A stretch of 64,000 nt of DNA from Lachnospiraceae bacterium. Lineage in GTDB: Bacteria; Bacteroidota; Bacteroidia; Bacteroidales; Bacteroidaceae. The translations under genes and the position numbers were made by a program. The DNA lies in the NCBI GenBank assembly GCA_963632255.1, contig CAVGTC010000001.1, positions 3,965-67,964 of the forward strand, in the 5' to 3' direction. Shown here one piece after another: positions 40,103-50,857 of this stretch. The notes beneath the pieces are model-generated. The model was not told the origin of the DNA. It saw nothing but the letters and a program-made list of their open reading frames with translations, and did not search any database. The number at the start of each line of letters is the position of its first letter. Position 1 is the first letter of the stretch.

Positions 40103-41713
40103 TTACTCGGCGTAGTAGATGGTGAACGAAACGATGCGCAGCTGCGTCGGACTGCCCGTCGTGGTGTTGGCGTTGGTGAGCAGCGTGGAGGTTGCGCCAA
40201 TGCTGCTTACCCACAGTTTCTGCCCGTTGACTGTCACCGTGCCCGGCTCGGCGTTGATAAGTCCGTTAGCCGTGTATACCGTGCCCTGGTAGCTGTCGCA
40301 GTTGAACAGGATGGAGGCAATCTTTTTGGAAGAGGCCACCGTGATGGTGTTCTTGGGATACACGCGGATGTTTTTGCCCGAGGTGTAGTATTTCGGGGTG
40401 TTGGTTGCGCCGCCGCCCGCAAAGGTCAGCGTCGTGCCGTCCGAAAGGGTGAGCGTCTCCATGGCGGTGCCGTTCTCATAACCGAAGGACTCTGCCGTAG
40501 CCGTAATGAAGTTGCTTGTCACCGCGCCCTCGGGGTCGCTTCCTGTGTCACCGCCTGTGTCACCGCCGGTGTCGCCTCCGCCCGTGCTCTCGCCCGGTTT
40601 GCCTGCCGCGATGCTGAAATTCTTCACCTCCCAAGTGGAGCCGCTCGTGGCGTTGGTGTTGTAGCGGAAGGCTATGCGCACCGTCTTGCCCATGTACTCG
40701 GAGGGTATGGCGATGTCAGACGAGGAGAAAGTCGACCAGTCCGAGCCCTCGGTGTGCGTCTGGTTGAGCACCGTCCAGCCCTCTGCGGCGTTGGCCTCGT
40801 TGAAGGCGGTGGAGATGAGCAGCTGCTGGTTTTCGTCTCCCTTGTTGTAGCGCAGGATATAGTCGTAGCTTACGTGCGCCTCGGTCTGTCCCTGCAGCGA
40901 TATCTCAGGGCTCACGAGGTAGTAAGTGCCAGCCGTCGTGGTCTTGGACGTGTTGTCGTAACCCGTGGCCTTTGCCGTGCTGTAGTCAATGGTCCACGCG
41001 CCGGAACCGCTTGTGAGGTAGCTGGTGAAGCTGCCGAGTGTCGTGGAGAATGCCTCCGTGTAAGGCAGGGTCTTCGTGCCGCCGGTGTCGGTGCCGCCGC
41101 CCGATGCGCCGCCCTCGTTCACCGCGAAGTTTTTCACCTCCCAGGTGGAGCCGCTCGTGGCGTTGGTGTAGTAGCGGAAGGCTATGCGCACCGTGTCGCC
41201 CATATACTCGGCGGGGATGCTCACGTCAGCCGAGGAGAAAGTCGACCAGTCCGCGCCCTCGGTGTGTGTCTGGTTGAGCACCACCCAACCCTGCGCGGGG
41301 TTGGAGGCGTCAAAGGAGGGGTTGATGAGTACCTGCTGGTTTTCGTCTCCCTTGTTGTAGCGCAGGATGTAGTCGTAGGTGACGTGTGCCGCGCTCTTTC
41401 CCACAAGCGATATCTCGGGACTTATGAGGTAGTACGTGCCTGCCGTCGTGGTCTTGGTTGTGTTATCGTAACCCGTGGCCTTGGCCGTGCTGTAGTCAAT
41501 CTCCCACTTGCCCGAGCCGTCGGTGGTGTAGTTGGTGAAACTTCCGAGTGAGGAGGCGAACGACTCCTCGTAGGGCAGCGTCTTCACGTTGCTTTCGCTT
41601 TCGCCGCTTCCGCTCGTTCCGGCGTTGACCCCGTAAGGTGCCGGCACATCCTCGCAGGCTGTGAAACCGAGCGCCATTACGGCGGCAGCGAGGCTAAGAA
41701 TGTATTTCTTCAT
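40103..41713 (-). CDS. Surface lipoprotein with two tandem near-identical ~160-aa beta-rich domains
   Basis: Lipobox FTAC-EDVP; internal duplication with about 510-nt period; Gly/Thr linkers (GGDT x3). Confidence 0.75.
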   Translation of the reverse strand: MKKYILSLAAAVMALGFTACEDVPAPYGVNAGTSGSGESESNVKTLPYEESFASSLGSFTNYTTDGSGKWEIDYSTAKATGYDNTTKTTTAGTYYLISPEISLVGKSAAHVTYDYILRYNKGDENQQVLINPSFDASNPAQGWVVLNQTHTEGADWSTFSSADVSIPAEYMGDTVRIAFRYYTNATSGSTWEVKNFAVNEGGASGGGTDTGGTKTLPYTEAFSTTLGSFTSYLTSGSGAWTIDYSTAKATGYDNTSKTTTAGTYYLVSPEISLQGQTEAHVSYDYILRYNKGDENQQLLISTAFNEANAAEGWTVLNQTHTEGSDWSTFSSSDIAIPSEYMGKTVRIAFRYNTNATSGSTWEVKNFSIAAGKPGESTGGGDTGGDTGGDTGSDPEGAVTSNFITATAESFGYENGTAMETLTLSDGTTLTFAGGGATNTPKYYTSGKNIRVYPKNTITVASSKKIASILFNCDSYQGTVYTANGLINAEPGTVTVNGQKLWVSSIGATSTLLTNANTTTGSPTQLRIVSFTIYYAE

Positions 41714-41805
41714 TTTGTCGCGTGTTTGTTATGTGGTTATTTGTCGGTGTGTCATAGCGTTCGTGCCGCGCGGTCTTCCGCGCCGCCGCCCGCCGTGGCG
41801 TAGTG

Positions 41806-42819
41806 TCAGTTTGCGGAGATGTCCGTTGTGTCGCGCAGCTGCACCTGCCAGTTGTCATAGTAGGAAAGCACGCCCGTGTAGGTGCGGCTGTCCTCGGGCA
41901 GCTCGAGGTAGGATATTACGTTCTTGGTGGAGGTGCGCAGCGTCACCTTGCTGTTGTTGCTTTCCAGGAGGATGGTGCGGTCCACGCCGTAGCCCTGGTC
42001 GTGCAGTTCGTAGGGGGCGAAAATCTTCTTCCCGTTGGCGGAGAGCGTTTCCACCTTGTCAAGCACGTCGTCCTCGCTTCCCTTGTCAAGGGAGGTCTTC
42101 TTTGCGCCCTGCACCTCGTCTATCGTGCCGCGCACCTTGGCAAGCAGCGGGGTGTACTGGTAGGTCTTGTTGGCGGAGGCGCGCAGCCACGCGTCACCCG
42201 TCGTGCCGGTGAGGTCGAGCGGTGTGAGCTCGGGAGCCGACATGTCAGGCGCACCCACCAGCTGCACGTTGGTGGCGAGCAGCTGGAAGAGGATGGGGCC
42301 GAGGTTGATGTTCCCGTACGACGACTTCAGCGGCTGCCCGATGCGGGGCACTTTGCTGTACACGCCGCAGTAAAGCCCTTTGAGGTTCACCTTGACGCGC
42401 TGACCCAGCTTGATGTAGGGGTAGATTGCCGTGGTCTTCACGCCGAGTATGATGCACTGGTCGTGTGCCGGGTCGGACGCGTCCTTTGTGCTGTCAATGT
42501 TGCGCAGCAGCAGCGTCTGGTAGAGGTTGCCGCTGACGTCGTTGGCCACCACCACGCCGGTGATGATGACATCCTCGTTCACTTTGGTGAAGAAGTTGCT
42601 TGAGTTGCGCTTGTAGTCGCATCCCTCGCTGCTGGCGCAGTACTTCGTCTTCACGTCGAGTATCGTGGAGTTGACCTCACCTATGTCCGTGGGGCTTGTC
42701 ACGCTGTACGAGGCGGTCGCAGGCTCGTCGTGGTCGTCCATGCACGAGGTGGCGAGCGTGCCCGTCAGCCCCAACGCCGCAACAGCCAGAGCGGAAAATA
42801 ACTTGTATCTCGTAAACAT
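41806..42819 (-). CDS. DUF5689-like lipoprotein (putative OB-fold)
   Basis: Lipobox LATSC-MDD, ITGVVVAND.SGNLY, GQRVKVNLKGL, WQVQLR..DI. Confidence 0.65.
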   Translation of the reverse strand: MFTRYKLFSALAVAALGLTGTLATSCMDDHDEPATASYSVTSPTDIGEVNSTILDVKTKYCASSEGCDYKRNSSNFFTKVNEDVIITGVVVANDVSGNLYQTLLLRNIDSTKDASDPAHDQCIILGVKTTAIYPYIKLGQRVKVNLKGLYCGVYSKVPRIGQPLKSSYGNINLGPILFQLLATNVQLVGAPDMSAPELTPLDLTGTTGDAWLRASANKTYQYTPLLAKVRGTIDEVQGAKKTSLDKGSEDDVLDKVETLSANGKKIFAPYELHDQGYGVDRTILLESNNSKVTLRTSTKNVISYLELPEDSRTYTGVLSYYDNWQVQLRDTTDISAN

Positions 42820-42869
42820 AATTGCCTTAGTGTGTGTTGTTGGATTGTTATACTCCCGGAGCCGCCTCC

Positions 42870-45614
42870 TTAGAACTTGAAGCCGATGTTGAGGAAACCG
42901 TTGATGGAGTTGGCGTAATAGTACTTGGAGTTCTTTGAGAAGCTGTAAGCCTTTTTCTCGCCCGAGGAGTAGTTGTCGTCACGGTTCTGCTCGTAGCCTC
43001 CGGTTTTGAGGTTGCGGTTGTTTGTGATGTTCTGCACCGAGAGGTTGATGCTGAGGCTCTTTCCCTTTTTAAGGCGGATGTACTTTCCGATGCTTGCGTC
43101 AAGCATGAAGCCGCCCTTTGCCTTTTCCTGCTTGGGTGAGTGCGTCTCCACGATGTTGAGGTCGCGGTCAAGCAGGATGGCACCGTTCTCCTTTATCTCC
43201 GAGGGGGTCATATTGAACTTCACCACGGCGTCCTTTATGCTGTTGTCGGATATTTCCCACGTCTTGCCGAGGTTGTTCTTGTTGGTCATCACGCTCGTCA
43301 GGCGGCGGTACTCGGAGAAGTCGATGTACACGCGGTCGTAGTAGTTGAGGTTCGCGCTGAAAAACCACCCCTTTATGTTGTAGTCGAAGCCGAGGCTCAC
43401 TGCCGTGAGCGGCGTGCCGCTTTCGCGCATCCCCTTTGCCAGCACGCGCAGCGGCAATACCTTTTGGTTGGCTGTGTTGGTGGTGATGTTGCCGTCGGTG
43501 TCCTTGGTGGTCTGTGTGATGGTCCACTTGTTGAGGTCGGCCAGCGTGCTGGCGTCCATGCCCTCGTAAGCCACCTGCGCCAGCGGGTTGTTGACATACT
43601 TCGCCTCGCTGTACGTGCCGATGAGGTGTACGGAGAAGTTGGAGGTTATCTGGTAGTTGAAGGCTGCCTCCACGCCGTAGTGCTCACGCTCCACGCCGCT
43701 CATGGTGAGGTAGGTGAAACGCGACTCCTGGTCGTTGTAGAAAGCCGTCTGCTCCACGCCGCCGCTGAAGCGTGAGTAGTATCCGCCCACCTTGCCCGAG
43801 AAGTTGCCGAAGCGGAAGGTGTAGGAAAGGTCGGCGTGGAAGATGTTCTCGTTGGAGAGGTTGTCCACGAAGTTGTTCTGCATGCGCGGGGCAACAAACG
43901 AGTTGCGTGCCAGCGGGGCGTTGCTCTCCGCGCCGAAGTTGAGCGCGATGACATGCGAGCCGCTGGGGCGCATCGTCAGGCCGAAGCGTCCGCCGCCGCC
44001 GAGGAACTTCGCCTTGCCGCTTCGCCCGAGCGAGTTTTGCGGGGCGCGGCCGTTGCGCATCAGGCCCTCGCGCTCAATGGTAGTGCCCTCGCCGAAGGCG
44101 GTGAGGTTGTACTGCCACATGCCCTTGTTGTACTGGTAGAGGCCGTAGGCGCGTGCCTTGTTGACGAAGATGTTATAGTTGTACCCGAACTTGTCGTCCA
44201 CGCCAATCTGGCGGTTGGGGTTGTCGAGGTCGTTCTGCGCCTGCGTGCTGCCCTCGCCGTAGTCGTTGGCGGCAAACTTGTCGATGTCCGTGTAGCGCGT
44301 GGCGCCGAGGAGGTCGGCCATCGTCTTGTAGTGCATGCCCTTCGTCGTGTTGAGCTGCACGCCCACTGTGTACTTGTGGTTGGGGTTTACGCTGTGGTTG
44401 AAAGCCGTGTTGAAGACAAACGCCATCTGGTCGTTGTGGCGGCGCTCCTGGTAGTAGAGAGCCTCGCCGCCCTGCGCCTCGTTCTGGCGGTTGACGTAGT
44501 ACATGCGGTCCCAGTCAATCTGCCGGTTGGCCTTGCTGCTCTTCCAGTAGTCGTAGAGGCTGTTGTACTGGTCGAGGTACCACGGCGTGGAGGCCAGGCT
44601 CTCCGGGGTGTTGGCTCCGCCTTTTTCCGTGTCGTACACGTCGAAGATGGAGCTGGGCATGTTTTTGTAGTAGTCGGGGCGCGGGTCGTAAGCGTCGCCG
44701 TTCCACCCCAGCGCGGTGCTGCTGTACATGGCGTACTTGAAGCCCGCCGAGGTGGTGAGCTTCATGTTGTCGCGCATCTTCCAGTCCCAGGTGAGAATGG
44801 CGGTAGGCTCAAAGTCGTTCACCACGCGGGCGTTGCGGCGTTCGCCGTTTTGGTAGCCCCAGTTGGGGTTGTAGTAGTGCGAGTTTGCCAGCCAGTAGGC
44901 CTCCTCGGTCGAGGCGCCCTGCTGTCCGCGCTCGGTGGGTGAGCCGAAGGTCACCAGTGAGAGGGCGTGCTTGTCGCCGAAACGCTTCTCGACGGAGAGC
45001 AGGTAGGAGAGCGAGTTGTAGAAAGTGCCCTCGATGTAGCCCTTGTTGGCCCAGCGGTAGCCCACCAGCCCGGCGAAAGCCCAGCCCGAGGGCAGCAGTC
45101 CCGTGGCGTAGCTGTACATGCCGCGTGCCACATAGTTGCGGTTGCAGCCGGAGAGGGTCAGTTTGTTGCCGTGGGCAAACTGGCTCGCCCTCGTGTTGAC
45201 GCTCGTCGCGCCGCCTATGCCGCCCACGCCGATGTGGTTGAACTCGTAGGCGTTGAGACCCTCCTGGTTGCGCGTGGCGTCGTTCATGCCGCCCACCATG
45301 CTGTAGCTGAAACGCCCCATCTCCAGGTCGTTGAGCTGCAGCCCGTTCATATAGTAGCTGTTGTACTGGTTGTCAAGCCCGCGCACGCGGAAGCGCATAG
45401 GGCTGAAGAGGTAGCCCACTTCGGAGAGGTAGGGGTCGCTCTTTGTGCCCGTGATGGTCGAAACGGTCTGGGACGCGTCGTTGTCCTCGTCAAGCTGCGA
45501 CTCCGTGAAGGTAAAGTCGGAGTTGTCAACCTGCAGGGTGTCAACTGGCTGCTGCGCGTACGCCCCTGTGGCGAACAGCAGCGCGGCGGCCGTGATTTTT
45601 ACACCTTTGCTCAT
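42870..45614 (-). CDS. TonB-dependent receptor-like outer-membrane beta-barrel (non-SusC)
   Basis: Signal peptide, RFRVRG plug-like motif, aromatic-rich beta strands, C-terminal GFKF. Confidence 0.8.
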   Translation of the reverse strand: MSKGVKITAAALLFATGAYAQQPVDTLQVDNSDFTFTESQLDEDNDASQTVSTITGTKSDPYLSEVGYLFSPMRFRVRGLDNQYNSYYMNGLQLNDLEMGRFSYSMVGGMNDATRNQEGLNAYEFNHIGVGGIGGATSVNTRASQFAHGNKLTLSGCNRNYVARGMYSYATGLLPSGWAFAGLVGYRWANKGYIEGTFYNSLSYLLSVEKRFGDKHALSLVTFGSPTERGQQGASTEEAYWLANSHYYNPNWGYQNGERRNARVVNDFEPTAILTWDWKMRDNMKLTTSAGFKYAMYSSTALGWNGDAYDPRPDYYKNMPSSIFDVYDTEKGGANTPESLASTPWYLDQYNSLYDYWKSSKANRQIDWDRMYYVNRQNEAQGGEALYYQERRHNDQMAFVFNTAFNHSVNPNHKYTVGVQLNTTKGMHYKTMADLLGATRYTDIDKFAANDYGEGSTQAQNDLDNPNRQIGVDDKFGYNYNIFVNKARAYGLYQYNKGMWQYNLTAFGEGTTIEREGLMRNGRAPQNSLGRSGKAKFLGGGGRFGLTMRPSGSHVIALNFGAESNAPLARNSFVAPRMQNNFVDNLSNENIFHADLSYTFRFGNFSGKVGGYYSRFSGGVEQTAFYNDQESRFTYLTMSGVEREHYGVEAAFNYQITSNFSVHLIGTYSEAKYVNNPLAQVAYEGMDASTLADLNKWTITQTTKDTDGNITTNTANQKVLPLRVLAKGMRESGTPLTAVSLGFDYNIKGWFFSANLNYYDRVYIDFSEYRRLTSVMTNKNNLGKTWEISDNSIKDAVVKFNMTPSEIKENGAILLDRDLNIVETHSPKQEKAKGGFMLDASIGKYIRLKKGKSLSINLSVQNITNNRNLKTGGYEQNRDDNYSSGEKKAYSFSKNSKYYYANSINGFLNIGFKF

Positions 45615-45941
45615 AAATAGATAAGAAATTGGGGCGCAGTGTCCCCGTTTGCCAATTACATGTGCAAATGTAGGGCAAAAGGCGGAAAGGAATTTTACAT
45701 TTATGTGAAAAAATGCCGTGCCTCCCGCCGCGCCCGCCCCACTTTCGGAAAATAATTAGGAAATTTGCAACCGTCCGCGCCCTCTTGCGGCTTGCCCCCG
45801 CACCCCCGCACACGGGGGGTGGCGGCCGCGCGAAGCCTTTGTCTGCGGGGCGCGCCTCGCCATGCGGGAAGGCTTTCCCGGGGCACACCTTATATATATA
45901 GACGAAACCATATCACACGACACACTTACATAACTCTTATT

Positions 45942-47081
45942 ATGAAGCGTCTCCCCCTCACCCTCGCAGCCGTGCTGCTTGCGCTCGCGGCTCTCTGCTC
46001 GTTCACCACGGCGCCCGGCACGCGCCCCGCGCCGCAGCAGAAGCGGTACGCGCTCTACGGCGTGGCTTTCTACAACCTTGAAAACCTCTTCGACACGCTG
46101 CACGACGCGGGGAAAAACGATTACGAGTACCTGCCCGGCGGCACGATGAAGTGGGGGCGCATGAAGTACGAGGCCAAGCTGCACAACATGGCGCGCGTGC
46201 TGTCGGAGCTGTGTACGGACAAGCTGCCCCTCGGCCCGGCGGTGATAGGCCTGTCGGAGGTGGAGAACAGCCGCGCCCTTGAGGATCTGCTCGCCCAGCC
46301 CGCCCTCGCCGGACGCGGGTACAAATACATCGACTACCCCGGCGTCGACCGCCGCGGCGTGGAGTGCGCCCTGCTGTACAACCCGCGTTTCTTCAAGTGC
46401 GAGGGTTCGATGATTGTGCCCTACTTCTACAAGGACGCGTCGCAGCCCGACGTCGACCTCGGCTTCCGCATGGAGGGCGGCGAGGTGGTGCCCTACGACA
46501 CCCTGCGCGGCGACACCACTTACATCACGCGCGGCTTCCTCGTGGCGCACGGCCGCCTGGCCGGTGAGGAGATGTACTTCATCGTCAACCACTGGCCCTC
46601 GCGCGGTGCGGCAAGTCCCGCCCGCGAGCGTGCCGGCTACCAGGTGCGCTGCCTCAAGGACAGCATCATGAAATACCACACCGCCGCCAAGGTCATCATC
46701 ATGGGTGACATGAACGACGACCCCGGCGACAAGAGCATCACCTCCGCCCTGGGTTGCGTCAGCCGCCAGAAGGACGCCAAGAAGTCCGCCGACCTTTTCA
46801 ACCCGTGGGGCGAGACGCTCTACAAGGTGGGGCAGGGCACGCTGCTGTACAACGGCAAGTGGAACCTCTTCGACCAGATTATCCTCTCGGCCAACCTGCT
46901 CGGCACGGACCGCAGCACGCTGAAGTATTACAGGCATGAGATATTCATGCGCGACTACCTCTTCCAGCAGGAGGGCAAGTACAAGGGCTCGCCCCTCCGC
47001 ACCCACGCCGGCGGCGTGTGGCTCAACGGATACTCTGACCACCTGCCCACGTATGTCTACCTTGTGAAGGAGGCCAACTGA
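45942..47081 (+). CDS. Secreted endonuclease/exonuclease/phosphatase (EEP) family nuclease
   Basis: FYNLENLFD, GLSEVEN, VNHWPSR, MGDMND, FDQI, GYSDHLP. Confidence 0.9.
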   Translation: MKRLPLTLAAVLLALAALCSFTTAPGTRPAPQQKRYALYGVAFYNLENLFDTLHDAGKNDYEYLPGGTMKWGRMKYEAKLHNMARVLSELCTDKLPLGPAVIGLSEVENSRALEDLLAQPALAGRGYKYIDYPGVDRRGVECALLYNPRFFKCEGSMIVPYFYKDASQPDVDLGFRMEGGEVVPYDTLRGDTTYITRGFLVAHGRLAGEEMYFIVNHWPSRGAASPARERAGYQVRCLKDSIMKYHTAAKVIIMGDMNDDPGDKSITSALGCVSRQKDAKKSADLFNPWGETLYKVGQGTLLYNGKWNLFDQIILSANLLGTDRSTLKYYRHEIFMRDYLFQQEGKYKGSPLRTHAGGVWLNGYSDHLPTYVYLVKEAN

Positions 47082-47267
47082 GCGCGCCCCTGCGGCGGCC
47101 CCCGCGAATAAGGCGACAGGCAAGTCCCGCCCGCGAGCGCGGACGGACAATTGACACACAACGGCGCGGAGACGGCGGCGCGGGGACGGAAAGCCCCGCC
47201 GCGCCGCCCCCGCGCCGCACGGCGAAACACACACAAGCACACCAAACCAAGACACACATCAAATACT

Positions 47268-48629
47268 ATGGCACAAAAACCCGGCATACCCAAAGGCACG
47301 CGCGACTTCGGTCCCGTCGAGACGGCGCGCCGCAACTACATCTTCGGCACGATACGCTCGGTGTACGCCCTTCACGGCTACCGCCAGATAGAGACGCCCG
47401 CCATGGAGAACCTCTCCACCCTTATGGGAAAGTATGGCGAGGAGGGCGACAAGCTGCTCTTCAAGATTCTCAACTCGGGTGAGTTCAAGGGCGCGGTCAC
47501 CACGGACGACTACAACGCCAAGACCTCCCTGCAGCTTGCCCCGCGCTTCTGCGAGAAAGGCCTGCGCTACGACCTTACCGTGCCTTTCGCACGCTATGTG
47601 GTGCAGCACCGTGACGAGCTGCAGATGCCCTTCAAGCGCTACCAGATACAGCCCGTGTGGCGCGCCGACCGCCCGCAGAAGGGACGCTACCGCGAGTTCT
47701 ACCAGTGCGACGCCGACGTGGTGGGTTCCGACTCGCTGCTCAACGAGGTGGAACTTATGGAGATTGTCGACGAGGTGTTCTCCCGCTTCGGCATACGCGT
47801 GGCGATAAAGATAAACAACCGCAAGATTCTCTCCGGCATTGCCGAGGTCATCGGCGCGGCGGACAAGATTGTCGACATCACCGTGGCCATTGACAAGCTC
47901 GACAAGATAGGGCTTGACAACGTCAACGCCGAGCTGCTGGCCGCCGGCCTCACCCCTGAGGCCGTGGAGCGGCTGCAGCCGGTCATCTCGCTCACGGGCA
48001 CCAACGCCGGGAAGCTCGCCACAATGCGCGGCGTGCTGGCGGACAGCGAGACGGGACTGAAAGGCCTTGACGAGGTGGCTTTCGTGCTTGACACGCTGGA
48101 GGGCAGCGGACTGCGCAACGCGCTGGAGCTTGACCTCACGCTCGCCCGCGGCCTCAACTACTACACGGGCTGCATCTTCGAGGTGAAGGCGCTTGACGTG
48201 CAGATAGGCTCCATCACGGGCGGCGGACGCTACGACAACCTCACGGGCATCTTCGGCATGCCGGGGCTGAGCGGCGTGGGCATCTCCTTCGGAGCCGACC
48301 GCATTTACGACGTGCTGGCGCAGCTCGACCTCTACCCCACGGACACGGCCTCGGGCGTGGAGGTGCTTTTCTGCAACTTCGGCGAAAAGGAGGCGGCGTG
48401 CTGCCTGCGCCTTGCCGCCGCGCTGCGCAAGGCGGGGCACGCTGCCGAGGTGTACCCCGACAGCGTGAAGATGAAGAAACAGATGGCTTACGCCAACGCG
48501 CACAACGTGCCTTTCGTCGCCCTCGTGGGGGAGACGGAGATGGAGCAGGGCACCGTTTCGCTGAAGAATATGGCGACGGGCGAGCAGCGCACCGTCAAGG
48601 CGGACCAACTGCCCGCCGCGCTGGGCTGA
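47268..48629 (+). CDS. hisS: Histidine--tRNA ligase
   Basis: [49 protein letters not shown]. Confidence 0.97.
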   Translation: MAQKPGIPKGTRDFGPVETARRNYIFGTIRSVYALHGYRQIETPAMENLSTLMGKYGEEGDKLLFKILNSGEFKGAVTTDDYNAKTSLQLAPRFCEKGLRYDLTVPFARYVVQHRDELQMPFKRYQIQPVWRADRPQKGRYREFYQCDADVVGSDSLLNEVELMEIVDEVFSRFGIRVAIKINNRKILSGIAEVIGAADKIVDITVAIDKLDKIGLDNVNAELLAAGLTPEAVERLQPVISLTGTNAGKLATMRGVLADSETGLKGLDEVAFVLDTLEGSGLRNALELDLTLARGLNYYTGCIFEVKALDVQIGSITGGGRYDNLTGIFGMPGLSGVGISFGADRIYDVLAQLDLYPTDTASGVEVLFCNFGEKEAACCLRLAAALRKAGHAAEVYPDSVKMKKQMAYANAHNVPFVALVGETEMEQGTVSLKNMATGEQRTVKADQLPAALG

Positions 48630-48802
48630 CGCGCCGCCCTGTCATCGCTGGGGAGTGGCAAGACTTTCTTTGAAAGCCGGCTTGGTTTTCCGACACCGGA
48701 CAGCCACTCTTGCGCGGACATGGCCTATCATACTGCCGCACGGGTTCGCGCCTTTCCGCCACGCCTTTCCCCCGTTCCGTTTTTGGGGCGGGAGGGACGC
48801 GG

Positions 48803-49250
48803 GGCGGAAAGGCGCGATTTTTTGTTTGTCTTGTTTTTCGCCGGAAAAGTTGGCAAAGTGTCAAAACGGGCGCGACGGGAAACAGTCGAACTTTAACTTT
48901 CTTTAATGCAGGGTGCGGACTTTCGGGCGCCTCGCGTGGGGCTTTTTTCGCCAAGCCGCACCCCAGTGACAAGATGCCGCGGTACCTTGAAGGCCAAGCC
49001 GCACCCCAGTGACAAGATACCGCGGTACTCCGTGGCCCAAGTGCAGGCATTTTGACTCGCAAGTGGCTGAAAATCAATATAGGTCCAAAAATAGGGACAT
49101 TCCTCGCGGGATGTCCCTATCTTGTAGTACAAAGATAATACATTTTTCCGCCGAAAGCAAATATGTTAAAATGCGGGCGGAAATTCAAAGTGTCAGAAAA
49201 AACGCCGTTTTGCTTACATCCTGATTTCCGCATGTGGCGGCGGAAAGGCG
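48803..49250 (-). repeat. Dispersed promoter-hairpin element, copy 3 (long form)
   Basis: Reverse complement of copy 2; TATCTTTG at 49130-49137 and TTTG at 49158-49161 on minus strand. Confidence 0.92.
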
Positions 49251-49259
49251 GCACGCCGC

Positions 49260-50756
49260 CTACGCCCTGCTGCCGCCGCGCCCTGCGGAAGCCAGCGCGA
49301 GGCCGAGGAAGGTCAGCGCGCCGTTTAGCAGTAGCAGCTCGTACCCGAAAGTGTAGCCCCACAGCCGCGGGGCGGCGTGGCCGAGCCACGCGCACAGCAG
49401 CGGCGCGGCGACGCACACGGCGGGCACAAGGCGGCCGCGCGGTACGCCGCGCGTGTAAAGTCCGTAGGCAAATAGCCCCAGCAGCGGGCCGTAGGTGTAG
49501 GAGGCCATCACATACACCGTGTTGATGACGTTTTGGCTGCCCGCCGCGCGGAAAACCGCTATGCAGACGAGAAAGGCCGCCGCCACGGCCACATGCACCC
49601 GCCGCCGCACGTCCAGCGAGCGGGCGGGTGTGAAGCCGCGCCGCTCCACGCCGAGGAGGTCTATGCACACCGTCGTGGTGAGCGCGGTGAGTGCCGAGTC
49701 GGCGCTGGAGAAAGCCGCCGCCACGATGCCCACTGTGAATGGCACCACCACCCACGCCCCCAGCTGTCCGCCGGCCACCAGCGTGGGCAGCAGCGCGTCC
49801 CCCGCCGCAGTGACGGGCGGCGCCTGCTGCGCCGCAAGCGTGTAGAGCAGTATGCCGAGGCCAAGGAAGAGGGCGTTGACGGGCAGGAAAGCAAGTCCGT
49901 AGGCGCACATGTCCTTCTGCGCCTCGCGCAGGGAGCGGCAGGTGAGGTTTTTCTGCATCATGTCCTGGTCCAGCCCCGTCATCACCACCACGATGAAGAC
50001 GCCGCTGAGAAACTGCCGCCAGAAAGCCTGCGGGCTGTGCCAGTCCCATTCCCACACGCGGCACATGTCGCTTTGCAGCACCGTCTGCACAGCCCCGGGG
50101 AGGGAGAGATGCAGCCTCGCCGCCGCCGCCGCCACCACGCCGAAGAGGGCAAGCAGCATGCAGAAGGTCTGCAGCACGTCCGTGCGCACCACCGTTTGTA
50201 TGCCGCCGCGCCGCGTGTAGAGCCAGATGAGCGCCAGCACGCAAACAGCCACCGCCATGAATGCCGCCATCCCCGCCGCGCCGTCCGCGCTGCCCAGCCA
50301 CGGGCGCACGGCAAACTGCTCTATCACCACGCACACAAGGTAGAGCCGCGCCGCCGCGCCGCACAGCTTGCTCAGCACGAAGAAGAGCGCGCCCGTGCGG
50401 TGCGCCGCGCCGCCGAAGCGCCCCTCAAGGTAGGTGTATATGCTGGTGAGCCGCAGGCGGTAGTATACGGGCAGCAGGACGAAAGCCACAGCAAAGTAGC
50501 CCACGGCGAAGCCCATGCACATTTGCAGGTAGGTCATGCCCGTGGCTTTCGCCCAGCCCGGCACGGAGACAAACGTCACGCCCGATATGCTTGCGCCTAT
50601 CATGCCGAAAGCCACCATGCCCCAGTGCGATTGCCGCCCGGCGCGGAAGAAAGTGTCGTTGTCCCCGCCGCTGCGGCGTGTGGCACGGCGTGAGACGAAA
50701 AGAAGAAGCAGGAAATAGGCCAGCAGCGTGGCGGGCATGAGCAGTGCGGCGGACAT
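49260..50756 (-). CDS. Sodium:solute symporter family transporter
   Basis: FFRAGR, ASISGVTFVSVPG, SIYTYLEGRFG, GLDQDMMQK, AAFSSADSAL. Confidence 0.9.
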   Translation of the reverse strand: MSAALLMPATLLAYFLLLLFVSRRATRRSGGDNDTFFRAGRQSHWGMVAFGMIGASISGVTFVSVPGWAKATGMTYLQMCMGFAVGYFAVAFVLLPVYYRLRLTSIYTYLEGRFGGAAHRTGALFFVLSKLCGAAARLYLVCVVIEQFAVRPWLGSADGAAGMAAFMAVAVCVLALIWLYTRRGGIQTVVRTDVLQTFCMLLALFGVVAAAAARLHLSLPGAVQTVLQSDMCRVWEWDWHSPQAFWRQFLSGVFIVVVMTGLDQDMMQKNLTCRSLREAQKDMCAYGLAFLPVNALFLGLGILLYTLAAQQAPPVTAAGDALLPTLVAGGQLGAWVVVPFTVGIVAAAFSSADSALTALTTTVCIDLLGVERRGFTPARSLDVRRRVHVAVAAAFLVCIAVFRAAGSQNVINTVYVMASYTYGPLLGLFAYGLYTRGVPRGRLVPAVCVAAPLLCAWLGHAAPRLWGYTFGYELLLLNGALTFLGLALASAGRGGSRA

Positions 50757-50857
50757 GGGGCGGCGTGTGGGTGTGGCGCGTGTGGGGTGTGGCGGTGCGA
50801 AAAGCCCCGCGCGTGGCGCGGGGCGGCGTTATGGTCATCGGGTGTGGCGGCGTGGTG

